DNA of 22,178 nucleotides, taken from Tubiluchus corallicola. Lineage: Eukaryota; Animalia; Priapulida. Below are positions 11,601 through 21,795 of this stretch, one piece after another. The notes under the pieces were generated by a model that saw only the letters and a list, made by a program, of their open reading frames with translations, was not told the origin of the DNA and did no database searches. The position numbers and the translations under genes are program-made. Each line of letters opens with the position of its first letter. Within the stretch, counting starts at the first letter, position 1. The stretch lies in contig JAQGDQ010001888.1 in the NCBI GenBank assembly GCA_030141605.1, positions 1 through 22,178 of the forward strand. The letters run 5' to 3'.

Positions 11601-13226
11601 TCCTGTCACCATGGCAACAAGAAAACACACATCTCTACAAACAATGAACTCTTAACTAAACCATATAAAAATCATGTTTCAACTAGATTTGTTGTTTACT
11701 CCTGTCACCATGGCAACAAGAAAACACATCTCTACACACAATGAACTGTTAACTAAACCATATGAAAATGATGTCTCAACTAGATTTGTTGTTTACTCCT
11801 GTCACCATGGCAACAAGAAAACACACATCTCTACACACAATGAACTCTTCTTAACTGAACCATATGAAAATGATGTCTCAACTAGATTTGTTGTTTACTC
11901 CTGTCACCATGGCAACAAGAAAACACACATCTCTACAAACAATGAACTCTTAACTAAACCATATGAAAATGATGTCTCAACTAGATTTGTTGTTTGCTCC
12001 TGTCACCATGGCAACAAGAAAACACACATCTCTACACACAATGAACTCTTAACTAAACCATATGAAAATGATGTCTCAACTAGATTTGTTGTTTACTCCT
12101 GTCACCATGGCAACAAGAAAACACACATCTCTACACACAATGAACTCTTAACTGAACCATATGAAAATGATGTCTCAACTAGATTTGTTGTTTACTCCTG
12201 TCACCATGGCAACAAGAAAACACACATCTCTACAAACAATGAACTCTTAACTAAACCATATAAAAATCATGTTTCAACTAGATTTGTTGTTTACTCCTGT
12301 CACCATGGCAACAAGAAAACACACATCTCTACACACAATGAACTGTTAACTAAACCATATGAAAATGATGTCTCAACTAGATTTGTTGTTTACTCCTGTC
12401 ACCATGGCAACAAGAAAACACACATCTCTACACACAATGAACTCTTAACTAAACCATATGAAAATGATGTCTCAACTAGATTTGTTGTTTACTCCTGTCA
12501 CCATGGCAACAAGAAAACACACATCTCTACACACAATGAACTCTTAACTGAACCATATGAAAATGATGTCTCAACTAGATTTGTTGTTTACTCCTGTCAC
12601 CATGGCAACAAGAAAACACACATCTCTACAAACAATGAACTCTTAACTAAACCATATGAAAATGATGTCTCAACTAGATTTGTTGTTTACTCCTGTCACC
12701 ATGGCAACAAGAAAACACACATCTCTACACACAATGAACTGTTAACTAAACCATATAAAAATCATGTTTCAACTAAACTTACTGTTTGCTCCTGTCACCA
12801 TGGCAACAAGAAAACACACATCTCTACACACAGTGAACTCTTAACTAAACCATATGAAAATGATGTTTCAACTAGATTTACTGTTTGCTCCTGTCACCAT
12901 GGCAACAAGAAAACACACATCTCTACACACAATGAACTGTTAACTAAACCATATAAAAATCATGTTTCAACTAAACTTACTTTTTGCTCCTGTCACCATG
13001 GCAACAAGAAAACACACATCTCTACAAACAATGAACTCTTAACTAAACCACATGAAAAAAATGATGTTTCAACTAGATTTATTGTTTGCTCCTGTTACCA
13101 TGGCAACAAGAAAATGCACATCTCTACACACAATGAACTCTTAACTAAACCATATAAAAATCATGTTTCAACTAGATTTACTGTTTGCTCCTGTCACCAT
13201 GGCAACAAGAAAACACACATCTCTAC
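11601..13226. repeat. Intronic 99-bp tandem array (16 full copies plus 1 partial)
   Basis: Units start at 11601, 11700, 11797, 11899, 11998, then every 99 bp to 12988, then 13090 and 13189. Length variants are 97 bp once and 102 bp twice. Confidence 0.97.
11605..13206. promoter_or_regulatory. Cluster of 17 RFX X-box motif matches (GTCACCATGGCAAC), one per repeat unit; function untested
   Basis: Each unit matches the X-box consensus GTHNYYATRRNAAC. One copy (~13094) reads GTTACCATGGCAAC. Confidence 0.45.
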
Positions 13227-13601
13227 GTCTCGGATTGGTTGATGCAATGCGACACACAAACAAAACAACAATACTACTAACGTGAATAAATTATTGTAAC
13301 AATAACATCCTGAAGCATTTTTTCCGTTAAGATTTAAAGATATACGATACATTTCGAAAATAAAAAAAAACTGGCAAATTGGCTACTTTAGCTGCAAAAA
13401 TACAAAGCTAAACATTCTGTTGTCACCAAAGTATCTGAAAATAAAGCTGAGTGAATCGACGAATTCCTAAACATGAGCTTTCTGGTTGATTAATCACAAT
13501 CTTGCTAACAGTGTTATTTTCAGCTATAAAGCTTTAAAGTAAAAACAATCTTATAAAAAAATATTGACTACTTTTCTTGTTTATAATGTGAAAAGCGTAA
13601 C

Positions 13602-13715
13602 GGGTGGTGTAGCTCAATGGTAGCGTGCTCGCTTACCGCCCAGGAGGTCGTGGGTTCAATTCTCGACTGATTCATACCAAAGACTTGAAAAATAGTACCG
13701 TTAGTTCTTCTGCAC
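13602..13715 (+). mobile_element. tRNA-derived SINE head plus conserved central domain (partial)
   Basis: A box TAGCTCAATGG, B box GGTTCAATTC, then CATACCAAAGACTTGAAAAATAGTACC, shared with the SINE at 20791-21098. No acceptor stem, so it is not a tRNA. Confidence 0.75.
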
Positions 13716-13806
13716 GCGGGTTTATCGAAGTAATGTGCGGGTGTTAGTAATAATCGGGACCAAATTGGAAAAAAGTGTTGAGTTACTTAAGGTGTTATGC
13801 TTAGAG

Positions 13807-14085
13807 CATGGGTGTGCAAATTATCTGACTAGCCGGGCCACATTAAACATTCCCACAATTCCTGCGGGCCACAGGCAGTTTGATCGTGATGTCCGACAGT
13901 GATATTAAGTGACAACGGTCTTGTAAGGGTTAATGCCATCCGATCTAGAGGAAAAAAACTACCAGCACTATCTTTGCGATACTGGCGCAGACTTCAGCTG
14001 GATCGCGTGGGCCGCACTTTCATTACGTTGACAAACCTCTCCGCGGGCCGCAAGTGGCCTGCGGGCCGCAGTTTGCACACCCCTG
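13807..14085. mobile_element. hAT-type MITE, family A copy 2 (internally deleted)
   Basis: CATGGGTGTGCAAA...TTTGCACACCCCTG. TSD GCTTAGAG/GCTTAGAC (7/8 match). Confidence 0.88.
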
Positions 14086-14690
14086 GCTTAGACTATGTCT
14101 TAAACAAAATTGTTATTATTATTATTATATTAAGCAAAAATATTATTTTCTGCTAGTCTGCTGGGAACACTTAATTTTATCTTCGTGACACATGATCACG
14201 GAACTTGCCACTTTTGAAACGGTGCAATGTTGCTGTTTATCTGATGATTATCGAAACATACACTAATTTACAGATTCAAACCAGTCCAAAAAAGAGAATG
14301 TACGATAACGGATAATCATAAGACAATTTAATATTAAGAAAGGAAAAACACAAACGTTTGAAAACAGGGTACACTGAAAATATTTAGAACATCACTGTTA
14401 ACCAGTGGGAAGTAAATAAACTTTGATTTTAATGTAGTCGGGAGCGCACCGGTTGAATTTCCTGAAAAAATGCAGCAATTTTAAAAAAAGAGAACGTTCA
14501 AGATGTCAAACATAAAGCCCAATACTGCACACGCATAAATTAACAACATTTTGCTGTCTTATCGTAAATTTGATTTTACACTTGTTAATGCCATTGTTAA
14601 ACCCATTGTTAATGCCATTGTTAATGCGTGTTTTTATGATTACTTATTAAGGACATGATTATACAAGAATATGCTGCAATATGTATACTA

Positions 14691-15197
14691 CAGTCATACC
14701 TCGGTTTTCGACCATAAGTCGTTCCTAAAAAGTGTTTGAAAACCGATTTGGTTGAGAACTGAATCATTTATTCTCACAAGAAATAATGTAAAAGAAAATA
14801 ATCCGTTCTCAAGCACCAAATGGACTGTAAACTGTCACTAAAATGAAATATAATAATGCAAAAATGCTTATTCAAACAGCAGATACAATATAATTGATAA
14901 GAAAAACATAATAGAATTACTTAGAAAGAAAAACATAATTATTCCTGCATGAAAAACCTTACGTGTTGGTAGCAGTGTGATGGTATACTTAAGCAAGAGC
15001 AGAAACACGTGCGTGACTACCCTCGGGCGTGGTCGGTTACGCTCGGCTCTACTCGGCTCGCCGCGCATGTGTTCATCACATGTTTGGCGGTTGGTCGAGT
15101 ACCGAAATTCTGGTCGAGAATGGAGATAAGTTCGAATTTTCTGGTTGAAAACCGATTTGTACGAGTACGGAGACGTTCGAAAACCGAGGTATGACTG
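14691..15197. mobile_element. Tc1/mariner (pogo/Tigger-like) MITE
   Basis: Perfect 21-bp TIR CAGTCATACCTCGGTTTTCGA / TCGAAAACCGAGGTATGACTG, TA on both sides, internal GAAAACCGA repeats. Confidence 0.92.
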
Positions 15198-15427
15198 TAT
15201 GCCGTATTGCGATGTACGACAATTTGGTAAAAAATATGATAATTTGGCAGAAAATACAATAATTTTTAACCTCCACCATGACAATCAGCATCATACAAAA
15301 CGGCAACCCTGAAATGACGTAAACTATAAATACAAATAGTTTTGACGACGATGAAATAAATAGATGATGAAAAATATAAAAGTGAAAAAGGTATGCTGCA
15401 CACCGTTACCTGTATTAAGTCACTTGC

Positions 15428-15612
15428 ACATTCTGAAGAAACTTTGGTAAGTCATTTTTTTATTTTATGGTAAATATTAAGGCCAGTGTGAACCTGACTT
15501 AATAAATTTTAATTTTGTACATTCTGAAGAAACTTTGGCAAGTCAGTTTTTTTTATTTTATGGTAAATATTAAGGCCAGTGTGAACCTGACTTAATAAAT
15601 TTTAATTTTGTA
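15428..15612. repeat. Tandem duplication of ~92 bp (2 copies)
   Basis: acattctgaagaaactttgg...ttttaattttgt at 15428 and again at 15519. Confidence 0.9.
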
Positions 15613-16055
15613 GCCAAGGTGGCTCCATCTAGCTGGAAAGTTTAAAGAGTTATGTTTTCATTATGCTGTTCTGTATTATATGTGAACATGTGTCTTGTAC
15701 AAGCTAGTGAAATTTTTCATTAGATATATGCCGCAATGATGTAAGTTTACTTCTATTAATTTTTATTTTGATTTATTCATTGATATTTTTGAAAGGACTA
15801 AATAACTGTCAATCTAACTAAACTATGTAACTTTTCATAAAATTAGCCAATGTCAGTCACTTTTGCTTTTCTATTTTAATTTTTAAATATTGCAGAAATA
15901 AAGATCAGTGGTTTACATGAAAATTCAACTGAGACTTTAGAAGATTTGTCATAAATGCCTCTCAGAGACACTAAGAGTAAACCACTTCAGCTTTACAAAC
16001 ATCAGAACATCCCATTAGTTAAATGTACACAAACACAAGAGTTACGGCGTCTTAC

Positions 16056-16226
16056 CGCTATCAAATTCTGTGAGAGTTGGAACAAGGACGTATCAAGCTT
16101 GTTGTTCGCGGTCTCTGTGGCGACTGCCTCCCCGCTTTCTTTCAATAGTGAAATCAATTCACGATCCGCCCACGCGACCAAATCTTCTACAATAGTACAA
16201 CAATGGCGCACTCCATTCTTGTCCAC
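16056..16226 (-). CDS. NCAPG2: NCAPG2 exon (VDKNGVRHCCTIVEDLVAWADRELISLLKESGEAVATETANNKLDTSLFQLSQNLIA)
   Basis: Acceptor ATACAG|GTG, donor GCG|GTAAGA, 171 nt, phase 0/0. IVEDLVAWADRELISLL resembles recalled human MLEDTGFWLESKILSFI. Confidence 0.87.
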
Positions 16227-16796
16227 CTGTATACAATTTGTCGACATCAGACTCATCAAAAATTTCATAGTTAAAAATAAAGTAGCAGTAAAGTTAATGA
16301 AGTATTTCTATTTTCTATTCTATATTGAGTTAAATAAGCTAGAGTTACCAAGGCAACACATTATTAAATTAATATAATAAATATTCGCACTGAAATTCTA
16401 CAAAATGTCATTAGTACGACAAGCTATCTATCATTTATTTATTTTTATTTATTATTATTATCACATTCAGTACAATATAATGACATTAAGCACACAGTGA
16501 CATCAAAATTATTACATCATACTGTATTAAATTGTTATGTTTCATACACTATCGTTATCATAGAAGAATAATTGTACTGCAGTGGGCTAGAGAAGCAAAG
16601 GCTTGTATAAGCCCACTGTCATGTGAACCCGATAAAAAAAGAATGGATGAGTGAACAAAAAAAAAAGAACTGGGAGAAAGGTTAGCTCACACAGGAAGGG
16701 TAGAAGGATGTGTTAGTGGAAATGGTAGGAAGAAAGATAATAGATTGCGCTATGTAGACTGTGCATCATGAACAATCTTTAGCCAAAAAAATTAAC

Positions 16797-16832
16797 GATG
16801 ATGATGATGATGATAATGATGAAGATGATGAT
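16797..16832. repeat. (GAT)n microsatellite
   Basis: Directly visible. Confidence 0.8.
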
Positions 16833-17704
16833 GGTAAAGTCCTGTTAGGGATAGGGCATGCACTGGTGGGTATACATGTGAACAATGAACGGAGATGCAC
16901 ATCTTAAAGCAAAGGGCAAGTCTCTCGAGGAGTTCAGCTTATTTTAATATTTGTTAGAAAATGTTAGAAAGTTTCAGCGATAAAATTGCGATGAGAATCT
17001 CGTGTAATTAGTAAAATCAAGTTAAAGTTGTGATGATTACTTTACGCTTGAGGGCGTTGATTTTAGACGAAATATAGCATCATCCGATTTCCGTGCAATA
17101 TAAACACTTACCCCACCAGGTGATTCAGAATCTTTTTTTAACTTACAAAGTGAATTCTATAAACTAAGTAACCCACTAGCTTACCTAATACGTGCTGGCA
17201 AGTTTACATGCGTATCTAAGTCAACAAAACTCTGTAAATTAGTTATTTACTCAATTAATGTTAATTACTTACACATTTTAAGGTGTAATCTTGTAGATTA
17301 AAACAATGTAACCAGTTTAAATTTGATCATAATTGATCGAATGACTAATTTCTAGACAAACACAGTTAAACACAACATTAGATAACGGAACTTCTGAGTG
17401 AACTGTAGAAATTTCTCAACGCGTACCTTCACACAGCTTGCCTTCGCGGCATGCACAGCAGTCACCAGCTTACGCCATTTTTTTAAATATATCAACGTTC
17501 GTTTGGCGGGAGATAAAAAATACTTAAATTTCTTTTACATTTTTAAGTTGCGCATTTTATGCACATATTTGGGTATTATGATTTCAATATTTTTAATGTT
17601 ACATTAAAATGCAATAAATGTTATCCGAGGATTGATTCTTCCTTTAAATGAATCGGCAGCTTTACAGTCAACTGCAGCAAATTAGTTGATTTGCGTGAAT
17701 CAAC

Positions 17705-17795
17705 ATGATGATGATGAATTGATGATGATGATGAATTGATGGTGATGATGAATTGATGATGAATTGATGGTGATGATGATAATGAATTGATGGTG
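17705..17795. repeat. (GAT)n-GAATT compound minisatellite
   Basis: Repeated gatgatgatgaatt / gatggtgatgatgaatt units. Confidence 0.85.
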
Positions 17796-17849
17796 ACGTG
17801 ATTATCACGAAAAGTGCAATGATATTCTCGAATGAATTATAAAACTTAC

Positions 17850-17960
17850 ATTTGAAAAAAGGAGAAAATCCAGCTTGCAGTAGAGCGTCAAAGCTTCGCA
17901 AAGGAAAACGTCGTTTACCAAGTCCAGCGTTTCTCCGTTCATTCGTCTTTCTACTGCCGA
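17850..17960 (-). CDS. NCAPG2: NCAPG2 exon (SAVERRMNGETLDLVNDVFLCEALTLYCKLDFLLFSN)
   Basis: Acceptor TTAATCAG|TCG, donor AAT|GTAAGT, 111 nt, phase 0/0. ALTLYCKL resembles recalled human AFGLHCRL. The frame differs from track ORF 17668-17901. Confidence 0.82.
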
Positions 17961-18184
17961 CTGATTAATACAACAAAATTTTCACTATATTATAACCACT
18001 ACTAGATAAACTACAAATGTACAATAAGTAATTATTAATTGTATAACGGTGTTATCAGCGTACGCCAACAAATGGGATAACTTGAGGATCCTGAGCAAGT
18101 AATATACAGTAGGTGCCGCTTAATAGATTCACTTTGAGACCTTTCTACATATATTATGGTGCACAAAACAAAAGCGAAGTAAAG

Positions 18185-18571
18185 ATGGTGTGCAAATTAT
18201 CTGACTAGCACTGACTTAGGCCACATTAAACTTTCCCGCAATTCCTGTGGGCCACATGCAGTTTGGTCAAGGAGCCAAGTACAGAAAGGCCTAATAACGA
18301 TTTTTTTGCATCCGATTTGCGCACATCATTACTGCTGCACTACTGCACTCAAGAAACTGTTTCAGAAGTTATTAAAATTTATATTAAAAACCATATATTT
18401 CTTCATGTCCGACAGTGACATTAAGTGACAACGGTCTTGTAAGGGTTAATGCCATCCGATCTAGAGGAAAAAAACTACCCGCACTATCTTTGCGATATTG
18501 GCACAGACTTCAGCTGGATCGTATGGGCTGCACAAGATCTTGGCCTGCAGGCCGCAGTTTGCACACCCCTG
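18185..18571. mobile_element. hAT-type MITE, family A copy 3
   Basis: GGTGTGCAAATTATCTGACTAG...TTTGCACACCCCTG, homologous to 3722-4202. The left terminus is degraded and no TSD is recognisable. Confidence 0.85.
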
Positions 18572-18611
18572 CTCTTAGGGCACATGTCGAGATACAGTGT
18601 GGGCATCCAGC

Positions 18612-18731
18612 AAGTGTACAGCACCTGGTATTCCTAGGCGGTCACCAATCCAAGTACTAACCAGGCTCTACGTTGCTTAACTTCGGTGATCAGACGACAA
18701 CCGGTGTTTTCAACGTGATTTGGCCGTAGTC
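18612..18731 (-). pseudogene. Full-length (120 nt) 5S rRNA-like copy, probably a pseudogene or SINE3 head
   Basis: GACTACGGCCAAATCACGTTGAAAACACCGGTTGTCGTCTGATCACCGAAGTTAAGCAACGTAGAGCCTGGTTAGTACTTGGATTGGTGACCGCCTAGGAATACCAGGTGCTGTACACTT. Clear metazoan 5S similarity, but box C reads TGGATTGG, stem I has mismatches, there is no oligo-T terminator, and it is a solitary intronic copy. Confidence 0.88.
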
Positions 18732-18846
18732 ACAGAGAGTGCTACAGATACTATAGAAACTTGCTACAGTTATAGAGAACAATACACATGATGACAAAGT
18801 GTTGTGAAACTATACAAGCAAGCCCAAGTGCACATTATGTACTTAC

Positions 18847-19014
18847 TGTGACAGATTTCAAAACCTCAAGTTGTTCGGTAAGCTTGTCTCGACATCGGTC
18901 CAGAACGTGATCTTGCACGTTGAGTAACATCCACCGCATGTATTTCAAAGCCATCCGAGGACGGGGTGCGCTTTCCGGTACAGTAAATCTTACCGCCTTT
19001 CGTTTAGCTCGAGG
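18847..19014 (-). CDS. NCAPG2: NCAPG2 exon (PRAKRKAVRFTVPESAPRPRMALKYMRWMLLNVQDHVLDRCRDKLTEQLEVLKSVT)
   Basis: Acceptor TCTTTACAG|CCT, donor ACA|GTAAGT, 168 nt, phase 0/0. RPRMALKYMRWML resembles recalled human KPELALVYIEYLL. Confidence 0.88.
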
Positions 19015-19360
19015 CTGTAAAGACACCATAATGTAGATTGATTTCCTCACTGTGTACAAGGATGAGTTATGACGCTATACTACTGTAATACTGACAAAAA
19101 TTAAAAATTAAAAAAAATTGTTAATTATAATTTACAATCAATCGGATTTTATGATCAAAAACAGTTAATTATAATTTAACACGTATAATCATCAGTAATT
19201 CAAAAGTCGGTGAGACTTAACTAACTAACTAACTAAACTAACTAACTTGGAAAAAACCTCAACACACAGTCAAATGTTAGTTAAACTACATCAGTGTGTA
19301 AGCAGTAACTCAGTGATGTTTTACGACTGCATATAATCCTATAAACAGTCATCCCTACTA

Positions 19361-19791
19361 CAGGGATGAGAATGACAAACTGCAAAAAACTCTGAAACAA
19401 GCCAGGGGTTTGGGGACAGCACGGGCCCCCATGGGGGTTCAAGGGGGCGAAGCAACAAATTGCAATTTTGTGACCATAGACAGCCTCTAAGTGGGCTTAA
19501 ATGATCAATTACCTTGTTTCATGCATAATTTAAAATACCCAACTATCAAGAATACATGATACCTAATTGTCTCAAAAACACATGTGAGACACATTAGAGA
19601 TCTACACGTGGTTACACTGATGTACGTGATGTAAACAAACTGACGGCCTGCCAACTAGCGGTCAGCTTGTGAAATAATGTACTGGGTCCGTAGAAATTTT
19701 CTCAACGAATTTTTGCGATTTACAAAAATGGCACAACTGGTCTTCCAAAAAACTCGGAATTCCACGTATCCGCGGAAAATTCTCATTCCTG
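19361..19791. mobile_element. hAT-like MITE, family B long copy
   Basis: TIR CAGGGATGAGAAT / ATTCTCATTCCTG. The first ~50 bp are shared with 20557-20623. TSD unclear. Confidence 0.75.
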
Positions 19792-19985
19792 TTACTAAAC
19801 AAGTTGGGTGTCGTTATTTTAATGAACTGTCACTGATATTAAATGAGCTTAATGACATTACATAGAAAGATGTTTTCATGCCGATATATTCAAGTGAATA
19901 CTGGCAAGTTGATCGGTTTTAAGAGAGCGCAAAGCAACTTCAAATTTTAAAACAAGTGCGCTAAAACAAACTATCAATTAAATTA

Positions 19986-20348
19986 CAGTGTTCCCTCGCT
20001 ACTTTGCGGTTCGTTTATCGCGGACCGCTGTTTTTCGCGGGTTTTCAAAAATATTAATGTAAAATATTTATCGCGGTATTTTCGCTGTTTCGCGGGTTTT
20101 TGCGGTAGTCCATGTAAAGTACTTTTGCACATGCGTAGTACGTACTGCACAGTAATGTATAGATTTGATGAATTTTGCATAAAAATCTGCACAGCTAATT
20201 CATCATCATCATTCTAGCTGTAGGACGTATCTTCAATGGTGAGACTTAAAATAATGTATAACTACTAAAATAAGTACAGCCTCGCAGAAATTCACTTATC
20301 GCGGGTGGGCCTGGAACGGAACACCCCGCGATAAGTGAGGGAACACTG
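19986..20348. mobile_element. Tc1/mariner (Tigger-like) MITE
   Basis: TIR CAGTGTTCCCTC / GAGGGAACACTG with TA on both sides, internal TCGCGG repeats. Confidence 0.9.
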
Positions 20349-20395
20349 TAATCGAAAGCACTTTCCTCCAAATTTGCTGTAACGACATTACATAC

Positions 20396-20542
20396 CTTGG
20401 GTTTGGGTGTGGTTTCATGTGGGTGAAATGTTGATTTAAACCAGCCTGTACAGAGGTCTATAACATCAGCTGCTCGGAGCCAGTTACACATGCACTGTAA
20501 TAAAACTGCGTAATCTTCCTCCTCGGCTGTATCAGTCATTAC
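20396..20542 (-). CDS. NCAPG2: NCAPG2 exon (VMTDTAEEEDYAVLLQCMCNWLRAADVIDLCTGWFKSTFHPHETTPKPK)
   Basis: Acceptor ATGCAG|GTA, donor AAG|GTATGT, 147 nt, phase 0/0. YAVLLQCMCNW...IDLCTGWF resembles recalled human YCTLLDCLCSW...LELVDNWL. Confidence 0.9.
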
Positions 20543-20556
20543 CTGCATACAGTAAC

Positions 20557-20623
20557 CAGGGATGAGAATGACAAATTGCAAAACTCTGAAACAGGCCGGG
20601 GGCCGCTTATAATTCTCATCCCT
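20557..20623. mobile_element. 67-bp mini hAT-like MITE, family B
   Basis: CAGGGATGAGAAT...ATTCTCATCCCT flanked by 8-bp direct repeat ACAGTAAC (20549-20556, 20624-20631). Confidence 0.85.
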
Positions 20624-20788
20624 ACAGTAACGTAACGTTTGGAAAATTTCAATTAACACATAGAAGTAGAGAAGTATTGCACCTTGAAATTATAAAAATG
20701 TAATATGTTCTAAAATAGCATTTTAAATAGGAGCACATTAATAGAGTTCTACAAAAAACAGCCTTATAAGTACACAAACTGTTTTTGT

Positions 20789-20790
<2 letters not shown>

Positions 20791-20845
<55 letters not shown>

Positions 20846-21098
20846 CTTTATTTAAAGTCGGCTTTTGGGTCAACAATTAACATTAGCTCAAAGAGCTATT
20901 ATCGCCGACTGTAAACAACAACCTACAACTACATAACAGAGACTATTATTACCCCACTTTTAACCTAAATACCACGCGTCAGGCAGGGCAACAGCAGGTA
21001 CCATTTTTAAAGTCTTTGGTATGACCCGGCCGCTGGTTCGAACTCACGACCTCCCAGACGGAAAGCAGACGCATTACCACTACACTAAACCGTCTGGT
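20791..21098 (-). mobile_element. Apparently full-length tRNA-derived SINE with (ATT)n tail
   Basis: A box TAGTGTAGTGG, B box AGTTCGAACC, central GGTCATACCAAAGACTTTAAAAATGGTACC (resembles the Meta/MESC SINE domain, from memory), then AATAAA and ~18 ATT repeats (20791-20845). Confidence 0.88.
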
Positions 21099-21699
21099 GG
21101 TTAATAATTTTATTTCGGTCGGATTACATAACAAAGCAATCAACACAAAGCTACCATTTGAAGTGCTTCTGTATCTACAAAGCCATTATGCAAAGCTCTT
21201 TGGTTAGCTGTACCATTTCTATAGACTACTAGCCATAAATATATATTTTTTATATTTTATTGGGTAATCACAATTACAAATCACACAATGCATAGACCGA
21301 TTATAAAGATACAATTACACACACACAGAAAAAACCTATACCACGTTCTCAAGAACACAATTACGCAAGTCAAACTCAACAATTTAAACCAAAGACACAA
21401 CATCAAACTTTGATGTATAAACTCAATGGTACAACATGAACATAGATAAATTATACATATAAATAATACAAGTGCCTTTATTCTACAAACAGTTAAAAAA
21501 GACTTATTTAGACTAAAAGAAAAGCATAAAGGTATTCTTCCTGCACAGAAAGCTAAGTTACCCAGCATAGAAAAATAAAAAGAATTACACACATAACCTG
21601 CCCCTCAGAGACGGTATAGAATAAAATTAAATACACTTAAAATGGCTCTGGCCAAATTAAAAATAATTAAAAATATTAGAATAAATTTGATTAATGTAC

Positions 21700-21795
21700 C
21701 TTGAGTTTTGACAAGCAAGTGATGCTAAATTGCTGAATCTTATTTGGAGGCAGGAAACTCGTCAAAAACATAATGACGCTGCAAATGTACGGATC
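21700..21795 (-). CDS. NCAPG2: NCAPG2 exon (DPYICSVIMFLTSFLPPNKIQQFSITCLSKLK), not in the ORF track
   Basis: Acceptor TTCATTTCAG|GAT, donor AAG|GTACAT, 96 nt, phase 0/0. Resembles recalled human DDRCKIPLFMLMSFMPASAVPPFSCGVISTLR. Confidence 0.87.

Larger units (their letters stand above)
6061..21795 (-). other. NCAPG2: Partial multi-exon gene: condensin-2 complex subunit G2 (CAP-G2), C-terminal region, 9 coding exons in window
   Basis: Exons 21700-21795, 20396-20542, 18847-19014, 17850-17960, 16056-16226, 11474-11573, 8563-8756, 7648-7797 and 6061-6250 all have canonical AG/GT ends. They join in frame (downstream intron phases 0,0,0,0,0,1,0,0,1; 1327 nt). The peptides are colinear with human NCAPG2 as recalled from memory; not database-checked. 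Confidence 0.88.

Noticed and set aside
11601-13226. CRISPR array or zinc-finger repeat gene
   Set aside because: No spacers, and Cys/His spacing (SCHH...H) does not fit C2H2 or another motif I recognise.
13602-13675. tRNA gene
   Set aside because: A and B boxes are present, but there is no acceptor-stem pairing and it runs into a SINE central domain.
16580-16618. Hairpin CAGTGGGCT/AGCCCACTG as an ncRNA or terminator
   Set aside because: Same style as the other LINE 3'-UTR stem-loops in this window, with no independent support.
20649-20876. Poly-tyrosine ORF
   Set aside because: Translation of the SINE (ATT)n tail.
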